This document shows positions 32,859 through 44,822 of a stretch of 64,000 nucleotides of DNA, one piece after another (position 1 is the first letter of the stretch; every line of letters starts with the position of its first letter). A program made the translations under genes and the position numbers. The DNA is from an uncultured Alphaproteobacteria bacterium (GTDB lineage Bacteria; Pseudomonadota; Alphaproteobacteria; Sphingomonadales; Sphingomonadaceae), in assembly GCA_963784395.1 (NCBI GenBank), contig CAWARI010000002.1, positions 406,043-470,042 of the forward strand. Direction: 5' to 3'. Under the pieces are notes generated by a model. The model saw nothing but the letters and a program-made list of their open reading frames with translations. It was not told the origin of the DNA and did not search any database.

Positions 32859-34901
32859 ATGAAGGCATGGCGAGTCGCGCTGGCGGCACTTTCGGTCGGA
32901 ACATCGAGCATTGCGCTCGCAGCGCCTGGGGAAAAACCCAACCCTGCGTTCACCGGCATTGACCTGTTTAACCTTTCCGCCGCAAGCGATGCGCAGATCA
33001 GTCCGGATGGTCGACAGATCGCGTACGTCCGCCGATCCAACGATGTCATGACCGACACAGCGCGCTCCGCGATATGGGTCGTGGATGTGGCGTCCGGCGA
33101 GCAGCGCCCGCTGGTTGCCGGCAACGGAAATCACTTCAGTCCACGCTGGTCGCCCGACGGTCGGCGACTAGCTTATGCGTCGACTGCCGAGGGCGGCGCG
33201 GCGCAATTGTTCGTGCGGTGGATCGATACCGGTCAGAGCGTCCGGATCACCGGTCTTCCCGACAGCCCTTCGGGGATCGCATGGTCGCCCGACGGACGGC
33301 GCCTCGCTTACGCGATGAACGTGCCCGAAGACGGCCCGAAATTGGGCAGCGCACCGCCCAAGCCGGAAGGGGCGGAATGGGCCAAGCCCCTCGAGGTCAT
33401 CGACAAGGTCACCTACCGAGCCGACGGTACGGGGTACATCAAACCGGGGTTCGACCATATCTTCATGGTCGACGCTACCGGCGGCGCGCCGCGCCAACTG
33501 ACCTTCGGCGCGTTCCACGACGGCGCGCCGGAATGGGGAAAGGACGGCCACACCATCTATTTCTCGGCGGTTCGCAAGGCTGATTGGGAGACCAAGCCGG
33601 TCGATAGCGAAGTGTATCGTCTCGATATCGGCAGCGGCGTGATCAGCGCGCTGACCAGCCGCGACGGCCCCGATGCCAACCCACACGTGTCGCCCGACGG
33701 ATCGCGCATCGCTTACATTGGATATGATGATCACAAGAAGGGCTACGAACAATCGGGTCTCTATGTAATGGGAGCCAATGGTTCGGGCGTGCAGCGCATT
33801 GCCGGTGGACTCGATCGCGACATCCAAGAGATCAAGTGGGCCGCCGATGGCCGGTCGATCTTCGCCGCATACGAACAGGACGGGTCGGTCGCGGTCTCGC
33901 GCGTCTCGCTTGGGGGCAGCGTAACACCAGTCACGACGCAGGTTGGTGGCGGCGGGCTTGATCGCCCCTACGCCGGCGGAAGCTTCAGTATTTCTCGTGG
34001 CGGCATAGTTGCCTTCACGACCGACAGTGTCAGCCGACCCGCGGATGTTGCGGTGGCAAGCGGCGGCAAGACCCGGCAACTGACCCGGCTCAACGAGCTT
34101 GCGCTGTCCGGCAAGTCGCTCGGCACCGTTACGACGCTTGATGTGCGGGCACCCGACGGCGGCAAGGTTCCGACATGGGTGGTTCTTCCCGCCGGATACG
34201 ATCGAAGCAAGCCGATACCGGCCATCCTGGAAATCCACGGCGGACCCTATGCGGCTTACGGGCCCCACTTTTCCACCGATTATCAGCTCTATGCAGCGTC
34301 CGGCTATGCTGTCATCTACACCAACCCGCGTGGTTCGACTGGATATGGCCAGACCTTCGCCGACGGGATCGAAAAGACCTATCCGGCCAGCAATTACGAC
34401 GACCTGATGGCGGCGGTCGACGCGGCAGTCGCGGCGGGCATTGCCGATCCGAACAACCTATTCGTTACCGGCGGATCGGGCGGCGGCATCCTCACGGCGT
34501 GGATCATCGGCAAGACCACGCGTTTTGCTGCGGCGGCGAGTCAGAAGCCGGTGATCAACTGGACCAGCATGGCGCTGACCAGCGATGGCGTCCCGTTTTT
34601 CGGACCTTATTGGATGGGCGCGTTGCCGTGGGAGAATTACCAGAGTTATTGGGCACGCTCACCGCTCAGCTTGATGGCGAACGTGAAGACCCCGACGCTC
34701 GTCGTCGTTGGAAGCGAAGACTATCGCACCCCCGTCAGCGAATCCGAGCAGCTTTATTCTGCGCTTAAGTTGGTCGGGGTTCCGACCGCGTTGGTCAAAG
34801 TCCCCGACGCCAGTCATGGCGGCATTGCAGCACGGCCGAGCCAGTCGGCGGCCAAGGCAAGCGCGATCATCGCCTGGTTCGACCGTTATCGGAAACGCTA
34901 G
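32859..34901 (+). CDS. S9 family (prolyl oligopeptidase/acylaminoacyl peptidase-like) exported peptidase
   Basis: Signal peptide, beta-propeller SPDG repeats, IHGGP, GGSGGG nucleophile elbow, EDYRT, SHG. Confidence 0.92.
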   Translation: MKAWRVALAALSVGTSSIALAAPGEKPNPAFTGIDLFNLSAASDAQISPDGRQIAYVRRSNDVMTDTARSAIWVVDVASGEQRPLVAGNGNHFSPRWSPDGRRLAYASTAEGGAAQLFVRWIDTGQSVRITGLPDSPSGIAWSPDGRRLAYAMNVPEDGPKLGSAPPKPEGAEWAKPLEVIDKVTYRADGTGYIKPGFDHIFMVDATGGAPRQLTFGAFHDGAPEWGKDGHTIYFSAVRKADWETKPVDSEVYRLDIGSGVISALTSRDGPDANPHVSPDGSRIAYIGYDDHKKGYEQSGLYVMGANGSGVQRIAGGLDRDIQEIKWAADGRSIFAAYEQDGSVAVSRVSLGGSVTPVTTQVGGGGLDRPYAGGSFSISRGGIVAFTTDSVSRPADVAVASGGKTRQLTRLNELALSGKSLGTVTTLDVRAPDGGKVPTWVVLPAGYDRSKPIPAILEIHGGPYAAYGPHFSTDYQLYAASGYAVIYTNPRGSTGYGQTFADGIEKTYPASNYDDLMAAVDAAVAAGIADPNNLFVTGGSGGGILTAWIIGKTTRFAAAASQKPVINWTSMALTSDGVPFFGPYWMGALPWENYQSYWARSPLSLMANVKTPTLVVVGSEDYRTPVSESEQLYSALKLVGVPTALVKVPDASHGGIAARPSQSAAKASAIIAWFDRYRKR

Positions 34902-34959
34902 GGTCTAGCCAACTGAGGGTGGTGCGCTAAGCTGGGGCCAATCGTTCCAGGAGACCCCC

Positions 34960-36669
<1,710 letters not shown>

Positions 36670-36679
36670 GGAAACGGGG

Positions 36680-37306
36680 ATGCCGATCCAATTCTACACC
36701 AACCCGATGAGCCGCGGGCAGATCGTCCGCTGGATGCTTGAGGAGGTCGGGGAGCCGTATGATCAGCATTTCGTCGATTATGCGGTGATGGGTGACCGGG
36801 AATATGCATCGATCAATCCGATGGGGAAGGTTCCGGCGATTGTCGACGATGGGAAAACGGTCACGGAATGCGCGGCAATCATCGCTTACCTTGCCGAAGC
36901 ATTTCCCGGCGCGGACCTGGCCCCACGCGAGGGGGAGAAAGCGGATTATTATCGCTGGATGTTCTTCACCGCTGGACCCGTCGAACAGGCCATTACGGCG
37001 CGGTCTTACAAGTTCGAGCCGACCGAGGAGCAGGGTAAATCGGTTGGATTTGGCAGCTACGAGCGGACGGTGAACACGTTGTCGGGTCACCTCGCGGACA
37101 GTGACTATGTCTGCGGCGATCGCTTCACCGCAGCCGATGTCTATGTCGGCAGCCAGGTGATGTGGGGCATCATGTTCGGCACCCTGCCCGCCATGCCATC
37201 CTTCGAAGCCTATCGCGACCGGCTGTCGGGCCGCGAAGCCTATATACGGGCCAAGCAAATCGACACCCAGATGATTGCGGAGATGCAAGCCGCGCAGGGA
37301 GCCTGA
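36680..37306 (+). CDS. Glutathione S-transferase family protein
   Basis: SRGQIVRWMLEE, INPMGKVPAI, ECAAIIAYLA, FTAADV. Confidence 0.92.
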   Translation: MPIQFYTNPMSRGQIVRWMLEEVGEPYDQHFVDYAVMGDREYASINPMGKVPAIVDDGKTVTECAAIIAYLAEAFPGADLAPREGEKADYYRWMFFTAGPVEQAITARSYKFEPTEEQGKSVGFGSYERTVNTLSGHLADSDYVCGDRFTAADVYVGSQVMWGIMFGTLPAMPSFEAYRDRLSGREAYIRAKQIDTQMIAEMQAAQGA

Positions 37307-37308
37307 CG

Positions 37309-38181
37309 ATGAACGACGAGATCCGGCAGCAAGCCATCGGACTTTACGACCGCTTCACTCATGAAGGCATGGATCGCCGCGATTTCATGGCGCGGATGAC
37401 GGCGATCGCGGGCAGCGCCGCGGCTGCGGAATTACTGGTCGCGACGATTGCTGCGACTCCCGCGGCGGCGGCAGTCGTTCCGGCAGACGACAAGCGCCTG
37501 GTGACGAGCCGCGGACCGCTCGGCTTCGGCAGCAAGATGTCCGGCTATGTTGCTGCGGCGCGTGGCAACGCGAAGCGCGGAGTGGTGCTGGTCATCCACG
37601 AAAACCGCGGCCTAAATGCGCATATCGAGGATGTAGCGCGCCGCCTTGCATTGGCCGGCTTCATCGCCGTGGCGCCTGACGAATTGTCGTCGCAAGGCGG
37701 CACGCCCTCCGTCGAGGACAAGGCCCGCGACATGATCGGCAACGTCGACCTTGCGCAGGCGGTAAATGATACGGTCGCGCTAGGAGCGGCGTTAAAAAAG
37801 CGCCTGAAGCACAGCAACGGCAAGTTGGGGATCGTCGGATTTTGCTGGGGCGGCGCTTTCGTCAACCGCTTCGCAGTTGCAGCGGGCAAGACACTGGACG
37901 CGGGCGTCAGCTATTACGGTCCCGCTCCTGACCCGGCCGAAGCGGTCAAGGTCTCCGCACCGCTGACTATCCACCTCGCTGGCCTTGACGATCGCGTTGC
38001 CAAGACCGCGTTTGCGTGGATCGACGCGTTGCGAAAGGCCGACAAGACGGTGGCCTATTTCGGCTACGATGGCGTCAATCACGCGTTCAACAACGACACC
38101 TCGGCCGAGCGCTATAACAAGGCCGCCGCCGACCTGGCGTGGGGGCGGACGGTACGCTTCTTCCGGAAATATCTGGGATGA
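37309..38181 (+). CDS. Dienelactone hydrolase family protein (YghX-like)
   Basis: DRRDF Tat-like motif, HENRGLN, GFCWGG, NHAFNND. Confidence 0.9.
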   Translation: MNDEIRQQAIGLYDRFTHEGMDRRDFMARMTAIAGSAAAAELLVATIAATPAAAAVVPADDKRLVTSRGPLGFGSKMSGYVAAARGNAKRGVVLVIHENRGLNAHIEDVARRLALAGFIAVAPDELSSQGGTPSVEDKARDMIGNVDLAQAVNDTVALGAALKKRLKHSNGKLGIVGFCWGGAFVNRFAVAAGKTLDAGVSYYGPAPDPAEAVKVSAPLTIHLAGLDDRVAKTAFAWIDALRKADKTVAYFGYDGVNHAFNNDTSAERYNKAAADLAWGRTVRFFRKYLG

Positions 38182-38248
38182 TCGCTTGAGGCGGACGATC
38201 GGGAAAAGACTCAGGTAGCAGTCAGCACCGTCGATCGCGAGCCAAAGC

Positions 38249-38455
38249 CTAGTCCTTTTTCGCTCCGCGCATCCCGCGGTCGCTGAGAAAACGCTGACCG
38301 CGAGCCTCGCTCGACTTTTCGAGCAGGCGATCGGATGTTTCGGCCGCTGCCTCAGGCGTCAATTTCACATCGACTCCGTCAGGACCGTCGACGGAGACAA
38401 CGCCATCTTCGGCTTTCACGGTGCTTGGCTCGTTGTAGGTTCGATCATCAGTCAT
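38249..38455 (-). CDS. Small acidic hypothetical protein
   Basis: 68 aa, YNEPSTVKAEDGVVSVDGPDGVDVKLTPEAAAETSDRL, clean ORF in an intergenic gap. Confidence 0.65.
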   Translation of the reverse strand: MTDDRTYNEPSTVKAEDGVVSVDGPDGVDVKLTPEAAAETSDRLLEKSSEARGQRFLSDRGMRGAKKD

Positions 38456-38463
38456 CGACCTTC

Positions 38464-38488
38464 AACGCTGAACAAACGTTTCGGGTCC
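38464..38488 (-). promoter_or_regulatory. Putative EcfG (sigmaT)-type general stress promoter
   Basis: GGACC-N16-CGTT, one mismatch to GGAAC-N16/17-CGTT, ending 8 nt before ATG 38455. Confidence 0.4.
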
Positions 38489-38560
38489 ATCAGAGCGTCG
38501 AAGCGTCCGCGACGACATCCTTGCGATTTCGTCCACGCCAACCCCTCGGTAAAAGACGGC

Positions 38561-38803
38561 CTATTCGTCCTTGGGGTATTGGGCCTGGGTCTTTGGACCT
38601 TTGACAGCGTCGTCGTCGGGATCGTCATGACCCTTCACACGCTCGACCGTCGGCTCCCCACCCATGGCGGCGTGAAGTTCCGCCCGCGTCCCGACCCGGG
38701 TCGCCACATTGCCACCAGATCTGCTGCCCTGACTCGGTGTCGGAAGGTCACCGGCCTTGTCGATCAACTCGTTATCAGAGTGAATGGGTGGGCGTTTGGT
38801 CAT
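38561..38803 (-). CDS. Small hydrophilic hypothetical protein
   Basis: 80 aa, strong RBS AGGAGG, DNELID...PTPSQGSRSGGNVATRVGTRAE. Confidence 0.65.
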   Translation of the reverse strand: MTKRPPIHSDNELIDKAGDLPTPSQGSRSGGNVATRVGTRAELHAAMGGEPTVERVKGHDDPDDDAVKGPKTQAQYPKDE

Positions 38804-38920
38804 GGATATCCTCCTGGGCTCGAACCTATAGCACGTGGGCAGCGATCCAACCTAAAACATTCCAATTGAAGGCAAGTTTCCCGATCTGAAAAAGTCGGCA
38901 AGCATCGGAATCTTCCGAAC

Positions 38921-38952
38921 GAAAAGGGCCGGCGGATTGCTCCGCCGACCCT
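38921..38952 (-). terminator. Intrinsic terminator downstream of the yccA-like gene
   Basis: Minus strand AGGGTCGGCGGA-GCAA-TCCGCCGGCCCT followed by TTT. Confidence 0.7.
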
Positions 38953-39004
38953 CTCGATCACCAAAAGCGAGCGCGCGCGAGGCGGGCCGCCGATCCGCGT
39001 GTTC

Positions 39005-39748
39005 CTAGTTACGGTTGCCCATGAAGCTGAGCAAGAACTGGAACATATTGATGAAATCCAGGTAGAGACTGAGTGCGCCCATGATAGCGGTCTTGCCCAT
39101 CATGTCGCTGCCCGCGACCTGGAAATAGATGCTCTTGATCTTCTGCGTGTCGTAAGCCGTGAGACCTGCGAAGATCAGCACGCCGATCGCGCTGATCGCC
39201 ATCGCCATCGCGCCCGACTTGAAGATGAACGCATTGAGCAGGATTGCGACCAGCAAGCCGATTACGCCCATCACCAGGAACGTGCCCAGCCCACTAAGGT
39301 CGCGCTTCGTGGTGTAGCCGTAAACTGACAGTCCAAGGAATGCCGCGGTGACCGCAAAGAAGGTCTGCGCAATCGATGTCCCGGTATAGACCAGGAAGAT
39401 CGTCGACATCGACAGACCCATCAGGGTCGCGAAACCCCAGAACAGCATTTGCAGCGTCCCGGTTGACATGCGGTTGATGCCAAAGCTCATCGCAAAAACG
39501 ATGGCCAGCGGCGACAGCATGATCAGCCAGACGAGTAGGCCACCCGATGCGAAAATCTGCGCCGCCATTCCGCTGCTTGCGAAAAGCATCGCAACGATTC
39601 CGGTCAACGCGACGCCGGACGCCATGTAATTGTACACCTTAAGCATGTAGGACCGCAGCCCCGCATCGCGGGCGGCGCGCGGCACGCCTACCGAAATCGC
39701 CGGGTCGAAACCGGACGAGGTGGTACGGGGGTCAAACTGGTTCTGCAT
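39005..39748 (-). CDS. Bax inhibitor-1/YccA family membrane protein
   Basis: GLRSYMLKVYNYM, YGYTTKRDLS, LTAYDTQKIK, LSLYLDFINMF. Confidence 0.93.
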   Translation of the reverse strand: MQNQFDPRTTSSGFDPAISVGVPRAARDAGLRSYMLKVYNYMASGVALTGIVAMLFASSGMAAQIFASGGLLVWLIMLSPLAIVFAMSFGINRMSTGTLQMLFWGFATLMGLSMSTIFLVYTGTSIAQTFFAVTAAFLGLSVYGYTTKRDLSGLGTFLVMGVIGLLVAILLNAFIFKSGAMAMAISAIGVLIFAGLTAYDTQKIKSIYFQVAGSDMMGKTAIMGALSLYLDFINMFQFLLSFMGNRN

Positions 39749-39787
39749 TTCTACTCCTCATCCCGAAGGAAAGCCTTCAGGACCAAT

Positions 39788-39816
39788 ATATCGGGAATGT
39801 TGCCCTCTTGTTCAAG
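39788..39816 (-). promoter_or_regulatory. Putative sigma32 (RpoH)-type promoter of the yccA-like gene
   Basis: CTTGAA-N15-CCCGATAT on the minus strand. Confidence 0.45.
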
Positions 39817-39860
39817 GAAAACCGGTCGCCGGCCTGTCCCATTTCGATTAATGACAAGCC

Positions 39861-40394
39861 ATGATCCGGCTGTTCGTCGCTTTGCCCTGCCCGCCCGACC
39901 TGGAAAATGCGGTGATCGAGGCGCAGCACGGGATCGAGGGGATGCGCTGGGTTCCGCCCGAAAACCTGCACTGCACCCTGCGCTTCATCGGAGAGGTGGA
40001 ACGGCCGGTGGCAGAGGATATTGCAACGGCGCTGGAGGGAATGTCGGGCGCGGCGCCGACGGTGCGGCTGGCCGGGGTTGGTGTGTTCGACCATGGCCAA
40101 AGCGGTGCCGTTTGGGCACGGGTCGCGCCAAAGGAGCCGCTGGAGGCGCTCCACCGCAAGATCGACCGCGCGATCGTGCGGTGCGAATTGAAGGCGGAAT
40201 CGCGCGCGTTCATTCCGCACATCACGCTGGGCCGCTGGAGCCGCGGTGCGGTCGAAAATACGCGCTGGGCGGATCGCTGGGCCGGACTGGAAAGCGCGCC
40301 GGTGCGGATCCCGGAATTTCATCTTTACGAAAGCGTCCTGGGAAGCAACGGCCCGACCTATCACCCCCGTCTGTCGGTGCGCCTGCGGACGTAA
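39861..40394 (+). CDS. thpR: RNA 2',3'-cyclic phosphodiesterase (2H phosphoesterase)
   Basis: MIRLFVAL, two HxT motifs (LHCTLRFIGE, PHITLGR), LYES. Confidence 0.92.
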   Translation: MIRLFVALPCPPDLENAVIEAQHGIEGMRWVPPENLHCTLRFIGEVERPVAEDIATALEGMSGAAPTVRLAGVGVFDHGQSGAVWARVAPKEPLEALHRKIDRAIVRCELKAESRAFIPHITLGRWSRGAVENTRWADRWAGLESAPVRIPEFHLYESVLGSNGPTYHPRLSVRLRT

Positions 40395-40474
40395 CGGCAT
40401 AAGCGGTTGTTTCGAAGGCGGCCGACCCCATCTAGGGCGCACGCGATGATCATCCGGCAGCTCTTGCGCGCCGT

Positions 40475-40489
40475 GAACAAATCTGGAAC
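40475..40489 (+). promoter_or_regulatory. LexA (SOS) box of uvrA
   Basis: GAAC-aaatctg-GAAC, a perfect alphaproteobacterial GAAC-N7-GAAC, 12 bp upstream of the uvrA ATG. Confidence 0.85.
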
Positions 40490-40501
40490 AAACATCCGGC
40501 T

Positions 40502-43432
40502 ATGCTGACTCACATTTCGGTGCGCGGGGCGCGCGAACATAATCTCAAAGGGGTCGATATCGAGATCCCGCGTGAGAGCCTGACGGTCATCACCGGCCTT
40601 TCGGGTTCGGGCAAATCGAGCCTGGCGTTCGACACCATCTACGCCGAGGGGCAGCGTCGCTACGTCGAATCGCTGTCGGCCTATGCCCGGCAGTTCCTGG
40701 AAATGATGCAGAAGCCGGACGTCGAACATATCGACGGTTTGTCTCCCGCCATCTCGATCGAGCAGAAAACGACCAGCCGCAACCCGCGTTCTACGGTCGC
40801 GACAGTCACCGAGATTTACGATTACATGCGCCTGTTGTGGGCGCGTGTCGGCGTCCCTTATTCGCCCGCTACCGGCCTCCCGATCGAGGCGCAACAGGTC
40901 AGCCAGATGGTCGATCGCGTGATGGCGCTGCCCGAAGGATCGCGGCACTATTTGCTGGCGCCGGTGGTGCGCGGGCGCAAGGGCGAATATCGCAAGGAAC
41001 TCGCCGAATGGCAGAAAGCGGGCTTCACCCGGGTTCGCATTGATGGCGAATTTCACGAGATCGAGGACGCACCGGCTCTCGACAAGAAATACAAGCACGA
41101 CATCGAGATCGTGGTCGACCGGATCGTGGTTCGCGACGGGATCGAAAGCCGCCTCGCCGACAGTTTCGAAACTGCGCTGAAGCTTGCGGAGGGGCTCGCC
41201 TATCTCGACCCCGCCGATCCGCCGAGCGCGGAAGATGCCGGAGCCCAATCCGGCATGAAGCTGGATTTCGGAGTCCCCGGCCGGATCCTGTTTTCGGAGA
41301 AGTTCGCCTGTCCGGTGTCGGGCTTCACAATTGCCGAGATCGAGCCGCGCTTGTTCTCGTTCAACGCACCGCAAGGGGCATGCCCGGCTTGCGACGGCCT
41401 GGGCGAAAAGCAGATTTTCGACGAAGATCTCGTCGTTCCCAATCACGATATTTCACTCACCAAGGGTGCTGTCGTGCCGTGGGCGAAATCGAACCCGCCT
41501 TCGCCTTATTATATGCAGGTGCTGGGCAGCCTCGCGCGCGCCTATGATTTCTCGCTCGACACCAAGTGGAAGGACCTGTCCGAAGAAGCGCAACAGGTCA
41601 TCCTGCGCGGGACGAAGGGCCGTCCGGTCGCCTTGCGCTTCGTCGATGGCCGGAAGAGTTACGAGGTCAAAAAGTCGTTTGAAGGCGTGCTCGGCAATCT
41701 CGAGCGGCGGATGCTGTCGACCGAAAGCGCATGGATGCGCGAGGAGCTATCCAAATATCAGGCGGCCCATTCCTGCGAGGTCTGTCACGGCGCGCGCCTC
41801 AAGCCCGAGGCGCTGTCGGTCAAGATTGCCGGCGAAGACATCAGCATGTCGGCGCGCCGATCGGTGATGGACGCACTCGACTGGTTTTCGACGCTCGAGC
41901 AGCATCTCACGCCCAAGCAGGGCGAAATCGCCAAGGCGATTCTGAAGGAAATCAACGAACGGCTCGGCTTCCTTCACAATGTCGGGCTCGACTATCTCAA
42001 CCTCAACCGCACGTCCGGCACCTTGTCGGGCGGCGAAAGCCAGCGGATCCGCCTGGCGTCGCAGATTGGCTCAGGCCTGTCCGGCGTGCTGTATGTGCTC
42101 GACGAACCTTCGATCGGCCTTCACCAGAAGGACAACGACCGTCTGCTCGAAACGCTCAAGCGCCTTCGCGGACTCGGCAATACGGTGCTTGTCGTCGAAC
42201 ATGACGAAGATGCGATCCGCACTGCCGATCATATCATCGACATGGGACCGGGGGCCGGCGTTCATGGCGGCGAAGTGGTCTGTTCAGGCTCGCTCGACGA
42301 TATCCTGGCCTGCACCGAAAGCCTGACCGCCGATTATTTGTCGGGCCGCCGCGCCATTCCAATCCCGGACAAGCGGCGCAAGGGCAGCGGCAAGAAGCTC
42401 ACCGTCCATGGCGCCAGGGAGAACAATCTTCGCGACGTCACGGCATCGATCCCGCTCGGAACCTTCACGTGCATCACGGGTGTCAGCGGATCGGGCAAGT
42501 CGAGTTTCACGATCGACACGCTTTACGCCGCCGCGGCACGCCAATTGAACGGGGCCCGCATCCTCGCGGGAAAGCACGACAAGATCAGCGGGCTCGAGCA
42601 TCTCGACAAGGTGATCGACATCGACCAGTCGCCGATCGGACGCACGCCGCGTTCCAACCCGGCGACCTACACCGGCGCGTTCACGCAAATCCGCGACTGG
42701 TTCGCGGGGCTGCCCGAAAGCCAGGCGCGCGGCTACAAGCCGGGCCGCTTCAGTTTCAACGTCAAGGGCGGTCGCTGCGAAGCGTGCAAGGGGGACGGCC
42801 TCATCAAGATCGAAATGCACTTCCTGCCCGACGTCTACGTTACCTGCGACGTCTGCCACGGAAAGCGCTACAATCGCGAAACTCTAGAAGTGAAATTCAA
42901 GGGACGAAGCATCGCGGACGTGCTCGACATGACGGTCGAGGATGCGGTCGAATTCTTCAAGGCGGTTCCCGGCATCCGCGACAAGATGGCGATGCTGGCT
43001 GAGGTCGGGCTCGGCTACATCAAGGTCGGACAGCAAGCGACCACCCTTTCCGGCGGTGAGGCGCAGCGCGTCAAACTCGCCAAGGAACTCTCACGCCGCG
43101 CCACCGGCAACACGCTCTACATCCTCGACGAACCGACCACCGGCCTACATTTCGAGGACGTCCGCAAGTTGCTCGAAGTGCTTCACGCGCTGGTCGAACA
43201 TGGCAACACCGTCGTCGTGATCGAACATAATCTCGACGTCATCAAGACGGCGGACTATCTGCTCGATCTCGGGCCGCTAGGCGGCGTCAATGGCGGAGAA
43301 ATCGTCGCCCAAGGAACGCCCGAACAGGTCGCTGCGACAACCGCGAGCTTCACCGGCCAGTATCTCGCTCCCATGTTGGCCAAAAGCCGTTCGAAAGCAG
43401 CACGTTCGTCGAAAATTCCGGTCGACGCCTGA
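40502..43432 (+). CDS. uvrA: Excinuclease ABC subunit A
   Basis: GLSGSGKS and GVSGSGKS Walker A motifs, two LSGGE signatures, Zn-finger CxxC pairs. Confidence 0.99.
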   Translation: MLTHISVRGAREHNLKGVDIEIPRESLTVITGLSGSGKSSLAFDTIYAEGQRRYVESLSAYARQFLEMMQKPDVEHIDGLSPAISIEQKTTSRNPRSTVATVTEIYDYMRLLWARVGVPYSPATGLPIEAQQVSQMVDRVMALPEGSRHYLLAPVVRGRKGEYRKELAEWQKAGFTRVRIDGEFHEIEDAPALDKKYKHDIEIVVDRIVVRDGIESRLADSFETALKLAEGLAYLDPADPPSAEDAGAQSGMKLDFGVPGRILFSEKFACPVSGFTIAEIEPRLFSFNAPQGACPACDGLGEKQIFDEDLVVPNHDISLTKGAVVPWAKSNPPSPYYMQVLGSLARAYDFSLDTKWKDLSEEAQQVILRGTKGRPVALRFVDGRKSYEVKKSFEGVLGNLERRMLSTESAWMREELSKYQAAHSCEVCHGARLKPEALSVKIAGEDISMSARRSVMDALDWFSTLEQHLTPKQGEIAKAILKEINERLGFLHNVGLDYLNLNRTSGTLSGGESQRIRLASQIGSGLSGVLYVLDEPSIGLHQKDNDRLLETLKRLRGLGNTVLVVEHDEDAIRTADHIIDMGPGAGVHGGEVVCSGSLDDILACTESLTADYLSGRRAIPIPDKRRKGSGKKLTVHGARENNLRDVTASIPLGTFTCITGVSGSGKSSFTIDTLYAAAARQLNGARILAGKHDKISGLEHLDKVIDIDQSPIGRTPRSNPATYTGAFTQIRDWFAGLPESQARGYKPGRFSFNVKGGRCEACKGDGLIKIEMHFLPDVYVTCDVCHGKRYNRETLEVKFKGRSIADVLDMTVEDAVEFFKAVPGIRDKMAMLAEVGLGYIKVGQQATTLSGGEAQRVKLAKELSRRATGNTLYILDEPTTGLHFEDVRKLLEVLHALVEHGNTVVVIEHNLDVIKTADYLLDLGPLGGVNGGEIVAQGTPEQVAATTASFTGQYLAPMLAKSRSKAARSSKIPVDA

Positions 43433-43495
43433 TTGCGGGTCGTGGCATGATCATCGCCGCCACTTGAACCAGCGGAACAGGCGAGGAGTGCTGAA

Positions 43496-44281
43496 ATGTC
43501 GCAAATGATATCCCGCCGGATCCTCGGGGAGGCGCTTGCCATCACCGCGCTTATGGTGCCCGGCCAGGTGATGGCGTCAGGTCCTTCACTTTCGACGCCG
43601 GTGCCGTCGGTTGCCCCACCCAAACCGGAAACCCGAACCGGCGTGATCGAACTCGCGGGCAAGGCTTACGCTTATCTTCCGAAGGGCATGGACAATCGTC
43701 CGCGTCCGCTCCTTGTTTCGCTCTACGGAGCAGGTGGCCAGGCGAGCGCCGTACTCGACGCCTATCGCGAATTCGCCGACCGCGAGGGATTCATCCTGAT
43801 GATCCCGACGTCGCGCCGTGGCACTTGGGACATGATTGAAGATCTGAAGTCGCGGATCGGCATCGAAATGAATGTCACACCGCGATACGGCAAGGATTTG
43901 AAGGCGATCGATGCCGCATTGGCCGAACTCTTCACCAAGGTCGCGGTCGATCCAAAACGGATCGGGATTGTCGGATTCTCTGATGGCGCAACCTATGCCT
44001 TGAGCATTGGGACGGCCAATCCGCATTTATTCAGGACCGTCATCGCATTCTCGCCCGGTCCGGCCTTCCCAACCAAGTTCGATCCCAACCAGAATGTCTT
44101 CATCAGCCACGGCGAAAATGACGACATCCTGCCTTACGCAAATACCCGCGGGATCGTTTCAAAACTCCGCGTCAAGAAGATGCCGGTGACGTTCGAGAAG
44201 TTCAGCGGCAAGCATGAAGTGCCGCGCGACATCCGTGAAAAGGCACTCGCTCTTTTCATGGGAAAGCCCTTGGGCAGCTAG
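43496..44281 (+). CDS. Exported alpha/beta hydrolase (phospholipase/carboxylesterase-like)
   Basis: SRR Tat-like leader, GFSDG nucleophile, HGENDDIL, GKHEV. Confidence 0.8.
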   Translation: MSQMISRRILGEALAITALMVPGQVMASGPSLSTPVPSVAPPKPETRTGVIELAGKAYAYLPKGMDNRPRPLLVSLYGAGGQASAVLDAYREFADREGFILMIPTSRRGTWDMIEDLKSRIGIEMNVTPRYGKDLKAIDAALAELFTKVAVDPKRIGIVGFSDGATYALSIGTANPHLFRTVIAFSPGPAFPTKFDPNQNVFISHGENDDILPYANTRGIVSKLRVKKMPVTFEKFSGKHEVPRDIREKALALFMGKPLGS

Positions 44282-44647
44282 GGGCGTTCCACACTGATTT
44301 CGACGCGCCGGTTTTGCACCTCTCGCACGCCGTCGGCAGTTACAATGATCGGTGCGTTTTCGCCGACAGCGGACACCGCGATTGCCGAACTCGGAAACGC
44401 CCTTTCCCGCCAGATAGTCACGCACCGCTTGGGCGCGTTTGCGCGAGCTTGCACGGTTCGACCATTTCGATCCCGAACGGTCGCTATGTCCGACGACCTG
44501 AATTCGCATGCCATCGCGATACTCGCTCGCAATCGCGTCGAGCGTCGCGGAGGCGTCCCGCGTAATTTCCGACTTGCCCCAATCGAAGAAGACGTATTTG
44601 GGATGATCGGGGGCAGCTTGAAGCAAGGCAAGGGCTAAGAAAATCAT
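44278..44647 (-). pseudogene. OmpA/Pal-like peptidoglycan-binding domain gene with a +1 frameshift
   Basis: VFFDWGKSEI...VVGHSDRSG...SRKRAQAVRDYL lies in one frame and AVGENAPII...QNRRVEI in another. Span is 370 nt (3n+1), with an extra base in the A3 run at 44395-44397. Confidence 0.75.
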
Positions 44648-44822
44648 TTCACTGCCATAAGAAGGCGCGGTGCAGGCGGCAAGCTGCCTAACTCGCAATC
44701 AGCCCATAGGCGCGAAGCGGCGCCAAGCGCGGATCATAACCTTTGCACCGACCTGAGCCGGAAATAATTGGATCATTTGCAAGCTCGCGTTTGACCAGCT
44801 TGAAGCGCTCGGCCTCCTGCTT

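Noticed and set aside
39799-39813. GTTG-N7-GTTC degenerate LexA box between yccA and thpR
   Set aside because: It has a mismatch, and the same bases are better explained as the spacer and -35 of a sigma32-like promoter.
44648-44822. Possible Fur-like site (44763-44783) and 25-codon ORF MIQLFPAQ... upstream of the OmpA-like gene
   Set aside because: The symmetry is only partial and the ORF has no clear RBS or motif, so support is insufficient.
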